From Longimicrobiales bacterium (GTDB taxonomy: Bacteria > Gemmatimonadota > Gemmatimonadetes > Longimicrobiales > Gaopeijiaceae): DNA of 64,000 nt. Positions 19,008-29,626 of the stretch are shown piece by piece. The DNA is taken from contig OZ250165.1 in assembly GCA_965238005.1 (NCBI GenBank), forward strand, positions 4,160,001 through 4,224,000, in the 5' to 3' direction. Numbering within the stretch: the stretch's first letter is position 1; every line of letters begins with the position of its first letter. The notes under the pieces were generated by a model that did no database searches, was not told the DNA's origin, and worked only from the letters and a program-made list of their open reading frames with translations. A program made the position numbers and the translations under genes.

Positions 19008-19014
19008 CGGTACT

Positions 19015-20253
19015 CTACCGTGTCCTCGGCCAGGGAGCGCCCTGGTTCTCGGCCGTGACCGGTCCCATGCCCCGGTTGATGAACTTCTGGACCCGCTTAC
19101 CCTCGTAGGTCTCCGTCGTGAAGATGTTGCCCTGCGAGTCGGTGGCGATGCTGTGCACGGCGAAGAATAGCCCAGGCTGGCGCCCTCCGTCACCGAAGCT
19201 GTACAGGATCTCCATCGACTCACGCTCGATGACGTACACCTTCATGTTCTGGCCGTCAGCGAGGTAGATGAACCTCTGCCCGGGATCCGGCGAGAACGCG
19301 ATGTCCCACGTTGAGCCTTGGGAGAGCGTCTGGGGGGCGATGAAGACCTCTTTAACGTAGGTGCCGTCCAGCTGGAAGACCTGAATCCGGTCGGCGGCCC
19401 GGTCGCAGACGTAAAGGAGCCCGTCATTGGACGGCTCGGCGCAGTGCACCGGTCCGCGGAACTGCGGGGCTGGCGGGTCGTCGGGCGAGTAGCGGCGCAT
19501 CGCGGCTGCTTCCTCGTCGTCGGGTGGGTTGCCGTACGCACCCCAATACCGCTTGAACTCGCCCGTATTCGAGTCGATCACCACGACGCGCTTGTTGAGG
19601 TAGCCGTCGGCGATATACATCTCGTTGGCGGCTGCGTCGAAGGAGATCTTGGCGACCCTCCCGAAGCTCTCCATGTCGTGGCCGTTGCGCTCGAAGATCG
19701 TTCCTCCGTCGGCGCTGGTCCCCGCGGCGCGGGCGCCTGCGCGACCGATCTGCATGAGGAAGGTCCCGTCCCGGGCGAACTTCAACACGTGGGAATCCGA
19801 GGGGCCGTTTCCGCCGATCCACACGTTGTCCATGTGGTCCACGACGATCCCGTGGTTGGACAGCGGCCATTCATACTCGCCCGAATCCGTCGGTCCGCCC
19901 CACGATCCCACCAGATTGCCTTCCGGATCGAACTCGAGAACCGGCGGGGCCGGCTGGCAACACTCACTCAAAGGCGGATCCTGTGCGAGGCCGATCTCGG
20001 TGCGGGCGCCGAACTGGTCGGGGCTGTTGCGGTGGACGATCCAGACGTGGTCGCGCGAGTCGACCGCGACTCCGATCGAGGCCCCCTGGAGCCAGTGGTT
20101 CGGCAGCGGCTTGGGCCAGAACGGGTCCACCTCGAACATCGGTGCCTCTCCCGCGGCGGCAGCGGCCGCATCCGGTGCGCTCTCACAGCTTCCCAACGTA
20201 AGCGTGAGGGTGACCAGGATCCCAAGAATGAGGAGACTACGCGTCGGTTTCAT
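19015..20253 (-). CDS. NHL-repeat beta-propeller lipoprotein (PAM lyase-like)
   Basis: Lipobox-like LGSC; FEVDPFWPKPLP...GVAVDSRDHVW...YIADGYLNKRVVV...PVHC...YVCDR...HSIATDSQGNIF. Confidence 0.8.
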   Translation of the reverse strand: MKPTRSLLILGILVTLTLTLGSCESAPDAAAAAAGEAPMFEVDPFWPKPLPNHWLQGASIGVAVDSRDHVWIVHRNSPDQFGARTEIGLAQDPPLSECCQPAPPVLEFDPEGNLVGSWGGPTDSGEYEWPLSNHGIVVDHMDNVWIGGNGPSDSHVLKFARDGTFLMQIGRAGARAAGTSADGGTIFERNGHDMESFGRVAKISFDAAANEMYIADGYLNKRVVVIDSNTGEFKRYWGAYGNPPDDEEAAAMRRYSPDDPPAPQFRGPVHCAEPSNDGLLYVCDRAADRIQVFQLDGTYVKEVFIAPQTLSQGSTWDIAFSPDPGQRFIYLADGQNMKVYVIERESMEILYSFGDGGRQPGLFFAVHSIATDSQGNIFTTETYEGKRVQKFINRGMGPVTAENQGAPWPRTR

Positions 20254-20358
20254 TGCCTTCCTCCGCCCTGAATGCTAGGTGCGTGCAACGCAGGAGGCTC
20301 AGTATATGTTCACTGGGCGTGAAAAGGAAAGCGGCTATCAGCAACCTCATCCCGTATA

Positions 20359-21831
20359 TTGATGACCCGAGTGCTCCCGCTTTCGTGGCCGGGGTCAGGT
20401 CAGCGAGGCCCAGTCAGAGGGACAGCCGTGTCGAGGGGCAACCACAAAGTCATCGAGCCGTGCCTCCTCGTCGCCTTCGCGGCGACGCTCATCGTTGCAC
20501 GCCCCACCGGCTCGGTCGCACTTGCGCCTGCACTCCTCCACGAGATTCCGGGGGACGTCACGGTCCAGGCGATCATCAAGCCCGAGGGCCGGCGGTTGAG
20601 TGTGCTCGTCCGCGTGCCGCTCAGCGCCATGCAGGACATCGAGTTCCCCCTCCTCGGCCCGGGCTACCTGGACATGGCCCGGGCCGAAGCATCGCTCCGC
20701 GACGCGGCCATGTTGTGGATCGGCGAGGAGGTGGAGCTCTACGAGGGCGGCATTCGCCTCGAGGGTCAGGACCTCGTGGCCGTTCAGGCCTCGATCCCCT
20801 CGGACAAGTCGTTCGCGACATACGGGGAGGCCCTGGCCCACGTCACGGGGCCACGGCTCCCGGACGAGACGCAGCTGTACTGGCAGCAGGCGCTGCTCGA
20901 CATCCTGTTCGAGTATCCCATCGAGTCGGATCTGTCCGACTTCTCCATACGCCCGGGGCTGGAGCGACTGGCCCTGCGCGTGGTGACCGTTCTTCGGTTC
21001 CTGCCGCCCACGGGCGTCGTCCGAGCCTTCCAGTACACCGGCGACATGGGTCTGGTCAGGCTCGATCCGCGCTGGCACCAGGCCGCGCTGCGGTTCGTCG
21101 AGCTGGGCTTCTTCCACATCCTGGACGGGATCGACCACCTACTCTTCCTGCTGTGCCTGGTCATCCCGTTCCGGCGCCTCAAGCCTCTGGTCGTCATCGT
21201 CACCGCGTTCACCGTGGCCCACTCGATCACGCTCATCGCGTCGGCCTTCGGCCTGGCACCGGACACCCTCTGGTTCCCACCCCTGGTCGAGACGCTCATC
21301 GCGACATCCATCGTCTACATGGCCCTGGAGAACATCGTGGGGAAGATCGGCCTGCACCGCCGGTGGGCCATCACGTTGGGGTTCGGGCTCATCCACGGAT
21401 TCGGCTTCTCCTTCGCTCTTCGAGAGACGCTCCAGTTCGCCGGGTCCCACATGCTGATGTCGCTCCTGTCGTTCAACGTGGGCGTCGAGCTCGGCCAGCT
21501 CCTGGTGCTCGTGCTGATGATTCCGGTGCTGGAGGCTCTGTTGCGCTACGCGGTCGCCGAACGCATGGGAACGATCATCCTGTCGGCACTGGTGGCCCAC
21601 ACGGGATGGCACTGGATGACGGCCCGGGGTGGCGATCTGATCCAGTACCAGTTCCGCTGGCCCGCACTCGACATGGCGCTGCTCATGAACGCCCTCGGGT
21701 GGCTGCTGCTGATCTCGATCCTGTCAGGCGGGGGGTGGCTGGTCTACGGCTTTCTCCGGCAGACCGCGGAGCAGGGAGCCGGGGCGGAGGCGGCCGTGGG
21801 GGTGGAGGCGGCCGTCGGAGCGGAGGAGTAG
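20359..21831 (+). CDS. HupE/UreJ-family membrane protein with a periplasmic N-domain
   Basis: LGFFHILDGIDHLLFL...TAFTVAHSITL...FGLIHGFGF...FNVGVELGQ. The start is uncertain. Confidence 0.85.
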   Translation: MMTRVLPLSWPGSGQRGPVRGTAVSRGNHKVIEPCLLVAFAATLIVARPTGSVALAPALLHEIPGDVTVQAIIKPEGRRLSVLVRVPLSAMQDIEFPLLGPGYLDMARAEASLRDAAMLWIGEEVELYEGGIRLEGQDLVAVQASIPSDKSFATYGEALAHVTGPRLPDETQLYWQQALLDILFEYPIESDLSDFSIRPGLERLALRVVTVLRFLPPTGVVRAFQYTGDMGLVRLDPRWHQAALRFVELGFFHILDGIDHLLFLLCLVIPFRRLKPLVVIVTAFTVAHSITLIASAFGLAPDTLWFPPLVETLIATSIVYMALENIVGKIGLHRRWAITLGFGLIHGFGFSFALRETLQFAGSHMLMSLLSFNVGVELGQLLVLVLMIPVLEALLRYAVAERMGTIILSALVAHTGWHWMTARGGDLIQYQFRWPALDMALLMNALGWLLLISILSGGGWLVYGFLRQTAEQGAGAEAAVGVEAAVGAEE

Positions 21832-21893
21832 CCCCGCGGTCCGAAGGCCCGGGCATCTACTCCTCCGCCCACGACCGCCACGGCCGCAGGGAG

Positions 21894-23990
21894 CTACTGT
21901 GGCAGCTTGAGCGCCAGGTATTCTCCCGAGTGGGGGCCACCGCTGATGGCTACGACGATGTACTGCTCACCGTCCACCATGTACGTCATGGGTGAGCCGC
22001 TCTGCGGCGCCTGCATCCAAACCGCTCCCACCTGCTCCCCGGTCTCTTTGTCGTACGCCCGCAGCATGGCGCCCCGCGGGTGCTCAGGGGTCGTCGTCAC
22101 CTGCCCGTCTCCTGCGATGACCAGGGTCTTGGTGACCAGGACGCCCATGCTGCCGCGCTGACCGGTCTTCGGAATGTCCAGCCCCTCGAGCAGGGGGTGG
22201 TTCCGGATGTTGTCCGGAGTGTCACCGTGGGGGACCTGGAACTTGATCTCGCCCCGGTTCACGTCGGCGGCGGTGAGGATCCCGTATGGCGGTTTCACGA
22301 TGGGGAGGCCCTCGATAGCGGTGCCCGGTGGCCGGGCTCCCCCTCCTCCGGGCCCACCGAAGGCCGACGGCATGATGCGGGCGCCCCGGCCGGTTGCGTC
22401 AGGGTTCTGGCCGGTGCCGGCGGCGTACGCCATCCGGAAGGGCGCTCCCACGGTTCCTAGCAAGTAGGCGATGTCGGAGTGTCCTTCGGGCCCAGGAGCG
22501 ATGGACCGCGATCCGCCCGGGGAGTTCCCGGCCACCGCGTAGAACGTCTGCGTCTCCGGGTCGTAGCCGCCGCCTGGCCAGTTGACGGCCGTGCCGCTGC
22601 CGATGGAACCCAGTACCCCGTCCACGACGCCCACCATGGTCGGATTGAACGGCGTGGGCTCCCAGACGAAGTTCGCCAGGTGCTGTATCGCCCGCTCACG
22701 CAGCTCCGGCGTGAAGTCGATGACGTCGTTGGGGACGTCCAGGTAGTTGCGTGCGAAGGGTGCCGGCTTGGTCGGGATCGGCTGCGTCGGCGAAGTCTTC
22801 TCACCGGGCACGGTGCTCTGCGGGACAGGGGTCTCCACGATGGGCCACACGGGCACACCGGTCTCCCGATCGAACACGTAGAGGAAGGCCTGCTTGCTCG
22901 GCAGGGCGACCGCCTTGATCTCCCGTCCGTCGACGGTGATGTCGGCCAGGATGGGAGCCGAGGAGTTGTCGAAGTTCCAGATGGGGTGGTGCACCAGCTG
23001 GAAGTGCCAGAGCCGCTCCCCGGTCTCGAGGCTCACGGCCACGAGGCTCTCGGCGAACAGGTTGTCTCCCGGCCGGTGCCCACCGTAGAAGTCCGACGTC
23101 GGGGTCTCCACCGGCAGGTAGACGATCCCCAGCTCCTCGTCCACGGTCATCTCGGTCCAGACGCCGGTGTTCCCGTTCTTCGCCCAGGAGTCGTCCTCCC
23201 AGGTCTCGTTGCCGAACTCACCGGGTCCCGGCATGGTGTTGAAGGTCCAGTCGAGCTCGCCGGTCCGGACGTCGTAGGCCCGCACGATCCCCTTCGTGTT
23301 GTTGTGGGTCTCGACCGTCATGCCCTCTCGGAAGGACGAGCCGACGATCACCTTGTCCTTGGCGATGAGCGGGGTCGAGTGGAGGCCGATCTCCCCGGTC
23401 ACCAGGTCGATCTGCTCACCCGCTCCGATCTTCACGCCAACCTTCAGGTCGACGATGCCGCTCTCACCGAAGGACTCGATGGGCACGCCCGTCTCTGCGC
23501 GGAGGCCGATTAGTCGATAGCCCGGTGTGAAGTAGAGGACTCGGTTGTCGCCCTGGCCGTCGGTCCAGTACGCAAGGCCCCGACCCGAGAGCTGCCGTGG
23601 GGCGAGTCCACCGCGGAGACCCTCATGGAGGCTGTAAGACCAGAGCAGCTCGCCGGTCTTGGCGTCCATGGCGATGGCCGCTCGGCGCGTGCCCGCGGTT
23701 GTGTACAGCACACCGTCGATCATGAGCGGGGTGCCCTCGAGCTTGAACTCGGGGCGCGGGCCGAAGTTGTCGGTCTTGAAGCGCCACGCCACTTCGAGGT
23801 CGTCGAAGTTCGAGGCGTCGATCTGGTCGAGGGGGGAGTACTTCGTGCCTTTTTCGTCGGCCGTGTAGTGGGGCCACTCACCGTTGGCCGTGCTGGGCTT
23901 CTGGCCCGAGACGCTGGTGGTCATCCACACCACGGCCCCCGCGAGTAGCACCAGAGTCTGCACGGATCGACGCACTGTGTGCGACATCAT
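21894..23990 (-). CDS. PQQ-dependent (quinoprotein glucose dehydrogenase-like) dehydrogenase, secreted
   Basis: EWPHY...KYSPLDQID...LEVAW...EGTPLM...RGLAYW...HRPGDNLF...WHFQLVHHPIWNFD...PPYG...SPMTYMVDGEQYIV. Confidence 0.9.
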   Translation of the reverse strand: MMSHTVRRSVQTLVLLAGAVVWMTTSVSGQKPSTANGEWPHYTADEKGTKYSPLDQIDASNFDDLEVAWRFKTDNFGPRPEFKLEGTPLMIDGVLYTTAGTRRAAIAMDAKTGELLWSYSLHEGLRGGLAPRQLSGRGLAYWTDGQGDNRVLYFTPGYRLIGLRAETGVPIESFGESGIVDLKVGVKIGAGEQIDLVTGEIGLHSTPLIAKDKVIVGSSFREGMTVETHNNTKGIVRAYDVRTGELDWTFNTMPGPGEFGNETWEDDSWAKNGNTGVWTEMTVDEELGIVYLPVETPTSDFYGGHRPGDNLFAESLVAVSLETGERLWHFQLVHHPIWNFDNSSAPILADITVDGREIKAVALPSKQAFLYVFDRETGVPVWPIVETPVPQSTVPGEKTSPTQPIPTKPAPFARNYLDVPNDVIDFTPELRERAIQHLANFVWEPTPFNPTMVGVVDGVLGSIGSGTAVNWPGGGYDPETQTFYAVAGNSPGGSRSIAPGPEGHSDIAYLLGTVGAPFRMAYAAGTGQNPDATGRGARIMPSAFGGPGGGGARPPGTAIEGLPIVKPPYGILTAADVNRGEIKFQVPHGDTPDNIRNHPLLEGLDIPKTGQRGSMGVLVTKTLVIAGDGQVTTTPEHPRGAMLRAYDKETGEQVGAVWMQAPQSGSPMTYMVDGEQYIVVAISGGPHSGEYLALKLPQ

Positions 23991-24382
23991 TCACCCCCGT
24001 TCCTCTCTTAAGTCCGGTTCCAGATGGAGCGTAGGGTCCAGGTTAAGGAGGCGTACAAGGGAAGGCAAGGAGAGGAGATCTCGGCCTGGGACAAGTGTTA
24101 CATATGCATGAGGTTGCGCCCAAGGGGGAGTTTCGTGAAGCGATGGCTCGCTTCCTCACGCCAGGGTCCGCGTGTCCCGGAGAGCATCGAGGGATTCAGT
24201 CCCTAGTAGAGATTCAGTCCGTAGTATGGAGCGATCCATCTCCAACTCGGGATCTACGCGTGATCGGGCCACTGCTTTCTCGGAATCACCCGTGTTGCCC
24301 ACTGCGGCCCGGACCGAATACGTTGTTCCGCTATCAGATTAGGTCACGGGCCACCACCTCACCCCTCGCCAGGAGCCGCGCC

Positions 24383-24856
24383 ATGACCCCTGTGATGACG
24401 CCCAGAGCAGCCGCGTGTTCGACCGCCACAGCCATCGCCCTGATGCTCGCAGCATGTGGAGGCGCACCCGACGCGGGCGAGGCGGACACTGCCGAGACTC
24501 AGCCGGCTCCCGCCGCTCCCTCAGTCACGATCACCCAGCCTGCCAATGACGCCGTGATAGAGGGGAGCTCGGTGCTCGTGACGCTCGAGGTCTCCGACCT
24601 GCGAATCGTCCCCGCCGGGACGCAAGAGGATGGCACGGGCCACCACCATCTGATCGTCGACGCCGATCTTCCGGAGGCTGGTGTGGCCATTCCGTCTACT
24701 CCGGGGGTCCACATCCACATGGGGGCGGCCCAGACCGAGTTCGAGCTGACCGACCTTGCGGCGGGTGAGCACACGGTCATCGCCGTGGTGGGTGACTGGG
24801 GGCACGTCCCTTTGGATCCGTGGGTGGTGGACACCGTCAGGTTCGTCGTTCAGTAG
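24383..24856 (+). CDS. DUF4399-like lipoprotein
   Basis: Lipobox LAAC; IVPAG...TGHHHLIVD...HIHMG..QTE...GEHT...GDWGHVP. Confidence 0.8.
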   Translation: MTPVMTPRAAACSTATAIALMLAACGGAPDAGEADTAETQPAPAAPSVTITQPANDAVIEGSSVLVTLEVSDLRIVPAGTQEDGTGHHHLIVDADLPEAGVAIPSTPGVHIHMGAAQTEFELTDLAAGEHTVIAVVGDWGHVPLDPWVVDTVRFVVQ

Positions 24857-24862
24857 CAGAGG

Positions 24863-26131
24863 GTGGGCGAGGGCCGACCACTGTCTGAACACCGAGTAGT
24901 CGTCGTGGGCGGGGGCGTCATCGGAGCTTGCTGTGCCTATTTCCTCGCCAAGGCCGGTGCGGCCGTCACTCTCGTGGACCGGGACGAGATCGGAAAGGGT
25001 GCTTCGTACGGCAGCGCGGGGATGGTGGCCGCCGGGCGTCCCCCCCTGAACAAGCCGAGCCGCATCCGTCAGTCTGTGAAGCTACTCCTCGATCCCGAGA
25101 GCCCGCTCTACATCCCCCTCCGCTGGGATCCCGGGCTTGCCCGGTGGTTGTGGACCTTCCGTCGGTACTCCACCAAGAGCCACCTCGAGGTGAGCATGGG
25201 TGCCCTGGCTCCGTTGGGCCACGCCACGCTCGCCCTCTTCGATTCGCTCGTGGAGGAGGAAGGGCTGGACTGTGCCTACGACCGCCAGGGCTACTACGAG
25301 ATCTGCCACACCGAGAAGGGCCTGGAGGGCGCCAAGCGGGACGCGGCCATGATGCGGGACCACGGCTACGACCCTCGTACGCTCACCGGCGAGGAGCTGC
25401 AGGAGATCGAGCCTGCCCTCCTGGATGGCGTGGCGGGAGGAGTCCACTTTCCCGATGCGGCCACCTGCGATCCCTACCGATTCGTGATAGAGATGGCTGA
25501 TCGGGCCGTCGGATACGGCGGCACCGTCCTCGCGGGTCGAGGCGTCACCGAGGTTGTGAGCGACGGAGGTGGCGTGAAGGGCGTCCGGTTGGCCGACGGT
25601 GAGGTGCTGCAGGCGGACTCGGTCGTGTTGGCTACCGGGGCCTACAGCCAGAAGCTCACAGAGAAGTTCGGCCTTCGCCTGCCGGTACAGGCGGGGAAGG
25701 GCTATCACCGTGATCTGGTACCCGGAGAGGGAGCGCCCTCGCTGAGCATCTCCTGCGTGCTCGCTGAGACGTCGGTCTTTTGCACGCCCATGGGCGACTT
25801 CACCCGCCTGGCAGGCACCTTGGAATTCTCCGGGGTGAATCACGAGCTCAGGCGGGGGCGTTTGGAGCAGCTCACCACGGCCGCGAAGCAGTACGTGGAC
25901 GGCGTGGGTGACGGTCCGCCCCGGTCGGAGTGGTGCGGCCTCAGGCCGTGCACACCCGACGGGATGCCGTTCGTCGGGCCCGTCCCCGGGCAGGACGGGC
26001 TCTTCGTCGCGACGGGACATGCCATGCTGGGCCTCACCTTGGGCCCGGTGACGGGTCAGATGATCTCCGAACAGGTGCTGGAAGGAAGGAGTTCGCTACC
26101 CACAGGTCCGTTGGGGGTAGAGCGGCTTTAG
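24863..26131 (+). CDS. FAD-dependent D-amino acid dehydrogenase family (DadA-like)
   Basis: VVGGGVIG...GASYGSAG...GKGYH...RLAGTLEF...WCGLRPCTPDG...ATGHAMLGLTLGPVTG. Confidence 0.9.
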   Translation: MGEGRPLSEHRVVVVGGGVIGACCAYFLAKAGAAVTLVDRDEIGKGASYGSAGMVAAGRPPLNKPSRIRQSVKLLLDPESPLYIPLRWDPGLARWLWTFRRYSTKSHLEVSMGALAPLGHATLALFDSLVEEEGLDCAYDRQGYYEICHTEKGLEGAKRDAAMMRDHGYDPRTLTGEELQEIEPALLDGVAGGVHFPDAATCDPYRFVIEMADRAVGYGGTVLAGRGVTEVVSDGGGVKGVRLADGEVLQADSVVLATGAYSQKLTEKFGLRLPVQAGKGYHRDLVPGEGAPSLSISCVLAETSVFCTPMGDFTRLAGTLEFSGVNHELRRGRLEQLTTAAKQYVDGVGDGPPRSEWCGLRPCTPDGMPFVGPVPGQDGLFVATGHAMLGLTLGPVTGQMISEQVLEGRSSLPTGPLGVERL

Positions 26132-26171
26132 GCCACTGCGGGGACCCCGCCGCCAATGTCGAGCGAGGCCC

Positions 26172-27313
26172 TCACCCCTCCGCGCTCCGCAGCCTGCCCC
26201 GGTCCACCTTTCCCAGGTGGGTCCGGGGCAGGTCGTCCATGAAGTGGATCACCCGAGGGTACGTGTGGGGCGCCAACGTCCCCTTCACGTAGAGTTGGAG
26301 CTCGGTGGCCAGGGCGTCGCTGGGCTGGCACGCGGCGTTCTCCTCTCGCACGATGAACGCGTGGGGCTTCGTGAGCCCGTCGGCGTCCACGACACGCACG
26401 ACCGCGCAGTCGTCCACTGCAGGATGCTGCAGGAGGCAGTTCTCCACCTCCTTGGGTGACAGCCACTTCCCCGAGACCTTGAGCATGTCGTCGGGGTCTC
26501 GCCCGCCGAGGTCGCTAGCCTCAAGCACGAGAGGTCCCGGGTCCCCGCGTCCTCGTGGCTCACCATGTGGTTCACCATGGTGGGCACGTTGATGAGGATG
26601 GTAGGCCGGAAGCGCCGGATCTTCTCGAAGAGGACTTCCGTCACGCAACCCTCGGGGAAGAGGACCGCCGATGCGCCCACCGAAAACGGAAAGAGGAGGT
26701 TCGATCCCGTGGCGTATCCGAAGTAGAGCTTCGGCACGGAGAGGGTGATGTCGTCCTCCGAGTATGCGAGATGTTTCTTGGCGTAACACTCCGTGGTGTT
26801 GGCGAACGAGCGATGGGGCTGGACGACGGCCTTCGGCTGCCCCGTTGTGCCCCCGGAGAAGAGCCAGATGGCCGGGTCGTCGGGGTGCGTGGGGAAGCTC
26901 TCCAGCTCGGGGCTCGCCTGGTCCAGGTAGTCCTGGAGCTCGTCTCCGCCTACTACGAGGATCCGCTGGGGGGTGTGCAGCCCCCCGGCGGCTTCCACGA
27001 ACGCGTTCGCCGTGTCGTCATGGATCAGGGCCAGCGCCGCCCCGGTGTAGCGGTAGAAGTACTCGATGGCGTCGGGCTTCAGGTCCGGGTTGACCATGAC
27101 GACGACGGCGCCGATTTTGAGCACCCCGAACAGGGCCGCCACGTACTCCGGTCCGTCCGGGAGCGCGATGATGACGCGCTGCTCCGGCTCGACGCCCGCG
27201 TCTCGTAGGACGTTGCCGAAGCGGTTGGCGAGCTCTTGGACCTCGCGGTAGGTGAGGTCACCCGAATCCGTACGAAGCGCGATCCGGTCGCCCCGCCCTT
27301 CCTGGATTCGTGC
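26172..27313 (-). pseudogene. Benzoate-CoA ligase family; 5' end missing and internal deletion near 26500
   Basis: WLFSGGTTGQPKAV...KLYFGYATGSNL...LRLATSAGE jumps directly to DDMLKVSGKWLSPKEVE...THLGKVDR; the A5-A8 segment is absent. Confidence 0.85.
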
Positions 27314-27778
27314 GGCGCCGCCGTCGCGCGTGTGCTGGCCGAAGCGGGTTCCGCTGTGCTGGTGAGTGCACGCACGGAGGACGAAGTGCGGGCGGTGGCC
27401 GAGTCCATCGAGGACTCGGGTGGGTCAGCCCACTGGGCGCGGTGCGACGTGGCCGATGAATCATCCGTGATGGAGCTCGCACAGGCGGCTGCCGACAGTT
27501 TGGGGAGCATCGGCATCCTGGTGAACAATGCCGGTGTCGGGCACTCGGCGCTCCTGGTCCGGGAGACCCTGGACGACTGGAACCGTACCCTGGCGGTAAA
27601 CGCTACGGGCACCTTCCTCTGCACCCGGGCCTTCCTCCCGGGCATGATGGAGCAGGGGTGGGGGCGGGTCGTGAACGTGGCTTCTGTGGCCGGTCGCCTG
27701 GGGGGACGCTACACCTCGGCGTACGCCGCGTCCAAGCACGCCGTCCTCGGGCTGACCCGGTCGGTGGCAGGGCCGTAG
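27314..27778 (+). pseudogene. SDR oxidoreductase internal fragment
   Basis: GAAVARVLAEAG...LVNNAG...VNVASVAG...YAASKHAV. Lacks the TGxxxG start and the C-terminus. Confidence 0.82.
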
Positions 27779-27812
27779 CCGCCCGGTCGCTGTGGGGCCT
27801 CCAAAACGTCCC

Positions 27813-28715
27813 CTACGGAGCGCCGGCGCTCTCCCTCCAGGCCGTCCACCAGAGATCCCGGAGCATGTTTACTCCCGCCGCCAGGCGCTCCACGGCAAAG
27901 CGCTTGGTCTCTGCGTGAGGTCGGTCGGGGACGAACCCGAATTCCTGCTCCAACTCGTATAGGCGGGTCACCTTCTCGTTCGACCCGAGGAGGTAGGCCC
28001 ACACCTGGTCGTGCACGTCGTCCAGGTGACGCGGCTCGGCCTCGATGAGGGGTAGTACGTCGTCCAGCTCCACGTTCGCCTGAACGAAGCCCGACTCGAA
28101 CCGGGCGTGGAAGTCACGCTCCAGGCTGAACCCCCGCGGGTTGGGTGCGTCCCTGGCCCAGCCGTTGAAGTGGATGGTGCTGTGGTGAGGCTGGGATCCG
28201 TCGGCCACGTAGTGACCCAGCACCCCGGCGTCGTTGATGATGCGCTGGGCGATCCAGTCGCGCTCGTCGCCTTCGGCGGCCCGCCACCGCTGGAAGCCCG
28301 ACTGCAGACGTTGATAGAGCTCGAGGATCCGGAACGGAAGCAAGCCGCCGTCCCTCTGGGGCATGGTCAGGTCCGTTTGCCGGTAGAGAGTCTCGAGGTA
28401 CTTGAAGCGATCGGGCGCGGCTCGTGCCGTCTCCGGTATGTTCTCCAGATCGACGTAGTGGTCGTAGCGGAAACCCTCGTTCATCTCGGTGCTGTTGCCG
28501 TCCCGCCAGCGGTCGGGCTCGTAGTTGAGGTATGCGAGCCGATCCTCGGCCGCCCGGAAGAAATCGGGCATGCTCGTCGGCAGATCGGTGGCCGCCGCCC
28601 TGCCCGCGGTCACGTGTCCGTGTCTGCCCCAGGGCGCTGGGGTGGCCGCCAGCACGACCCCGCACACGACCAGAGCCGCCGCTCTTGTAAGCCTGCCCAC
28701 CGGTGTTGCTACCAA
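27813..28715 (-). CDS. S1/P1 nuclease / Zn-dependent phospholipase C-like secreted protein
   Basis: Signal peptide, then WGRHGH...EPDRWR...HYVD...LGHYVADGSQPHH...FHARFE. Confidence 0.85.
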   Translation of the reverse strand: MVATPVGRLTRAAALVVCGVVLAATPAPWGRHGHVTAGRAAATDLPTSMPDFFRAAEDRLAYLNYEPDRWRDGNSTEMNEGFRYDHYVDLENIPETARAAPDRFKYLETLYRQTDLTMPQRDGGLLPFRILELYQRLQSGFQRWRAAEGDERDWIAQRIINDAGVLGHYVADGSQPHHSTIHFNGWARDAPNPRGFSLERDFHARFESGFVQANVELDDVLPLIEAEPRHLDDVHDQVWAYLLGSNEKVTRLYELEQEFGFVPDRPHAETKRFAVERLAAGVNMLRDLWWTAWRESAGAP

Positions 28716-28894
28716 GTCGCTGCCCTCCTCCTACGCCTCGATCGGAATAACACACTAACCACTTGGGGCCGGAAAGGGAGGCTCGGGAGGTCGGCTACGA
28801 CTCGTCGTCGTTCCTTGCCTGAACGCGCGCAAGCACGGGGCACTCACGCCTGAGGCGTGGGTCGCGCGGCCTGCTGTACTTCTTCCACAGCTTC

Positions 28895-29626
28895 CTAAGC
28901 CGTGATCTGACTGAGGTCCGTGGTCTTGAACGTCTCACCCAGAAGGGTGAAGGCGAGGAGCAACTCGCTCCACAGGGTGACCACTGCCGCCACCAGCTGA
29001 GGGCTTGTCCCTGCTGGATCACCAGAATCTGGTCGCACAGCTCCTCGACCAGGTGGAGGAGGTGTGAGCTGAGGATGACGGCGCCGCCGGCTTCCGCCCT
29101 GGACATGATGGTCGCCTTCATGCGGCGGATGGCGCCGGGGTCCAGGCCGGTGAGGGGCTCGTCGAAGAGCAGCACGGACGGGTTGTGGAGGAGCCCGCAA
29201 CTGATGGCCAGCTTCTGCCGCATACCGCGGGAGAGCTGGTCGGGGAGCTTCTTGGCGTGGTCGGCCAACTCCAGCTCGCCGAGAAGGGAAGCGATGCGTG
29301 GATCGGGATCGGCGACGCCGTAGATGCGACCTACGAACCTCAGGTGCTCTTCCACATTGAGGTAGTCGAACAGCTGCGGGTCGTCGGGGATGAAGGCCAG
29401 GGCCGCCTTGGCCTCGACCGGCTCCTTTAACCAGGTCGTGCCCGACCACGCGGATCCGGCCGGCCGACGGTTGAATGATGCCTGCGATGGTGCGGAGCGT
29501 CGTGGTCTTTCCGGCTCCGTTGGGTCCCACGAGGCCAAGGATCTCTCCAGGGCCCACCGTGAACGAGAGGTCCGTGACCGCTGGGAAGTCGCCATAGAGC
29601 TTGGTGAGGGACTGGACGTCGATCGT
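28895..29626 (-). pseudogene. ABC transporter ATP-binding gene (ACG in place of start, frameshift near 29428) joined by deletion to a permease-like 3' tail
   Basis: (T)IDVQSLTKLYG...GPNGAGKTT / ...LSRGMRQK...LLFDEP...SSH..., then an abrupt switch near 29000 to QLVAAVVTLWSELLLAFTLLGETF. Confidence 0.78.
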
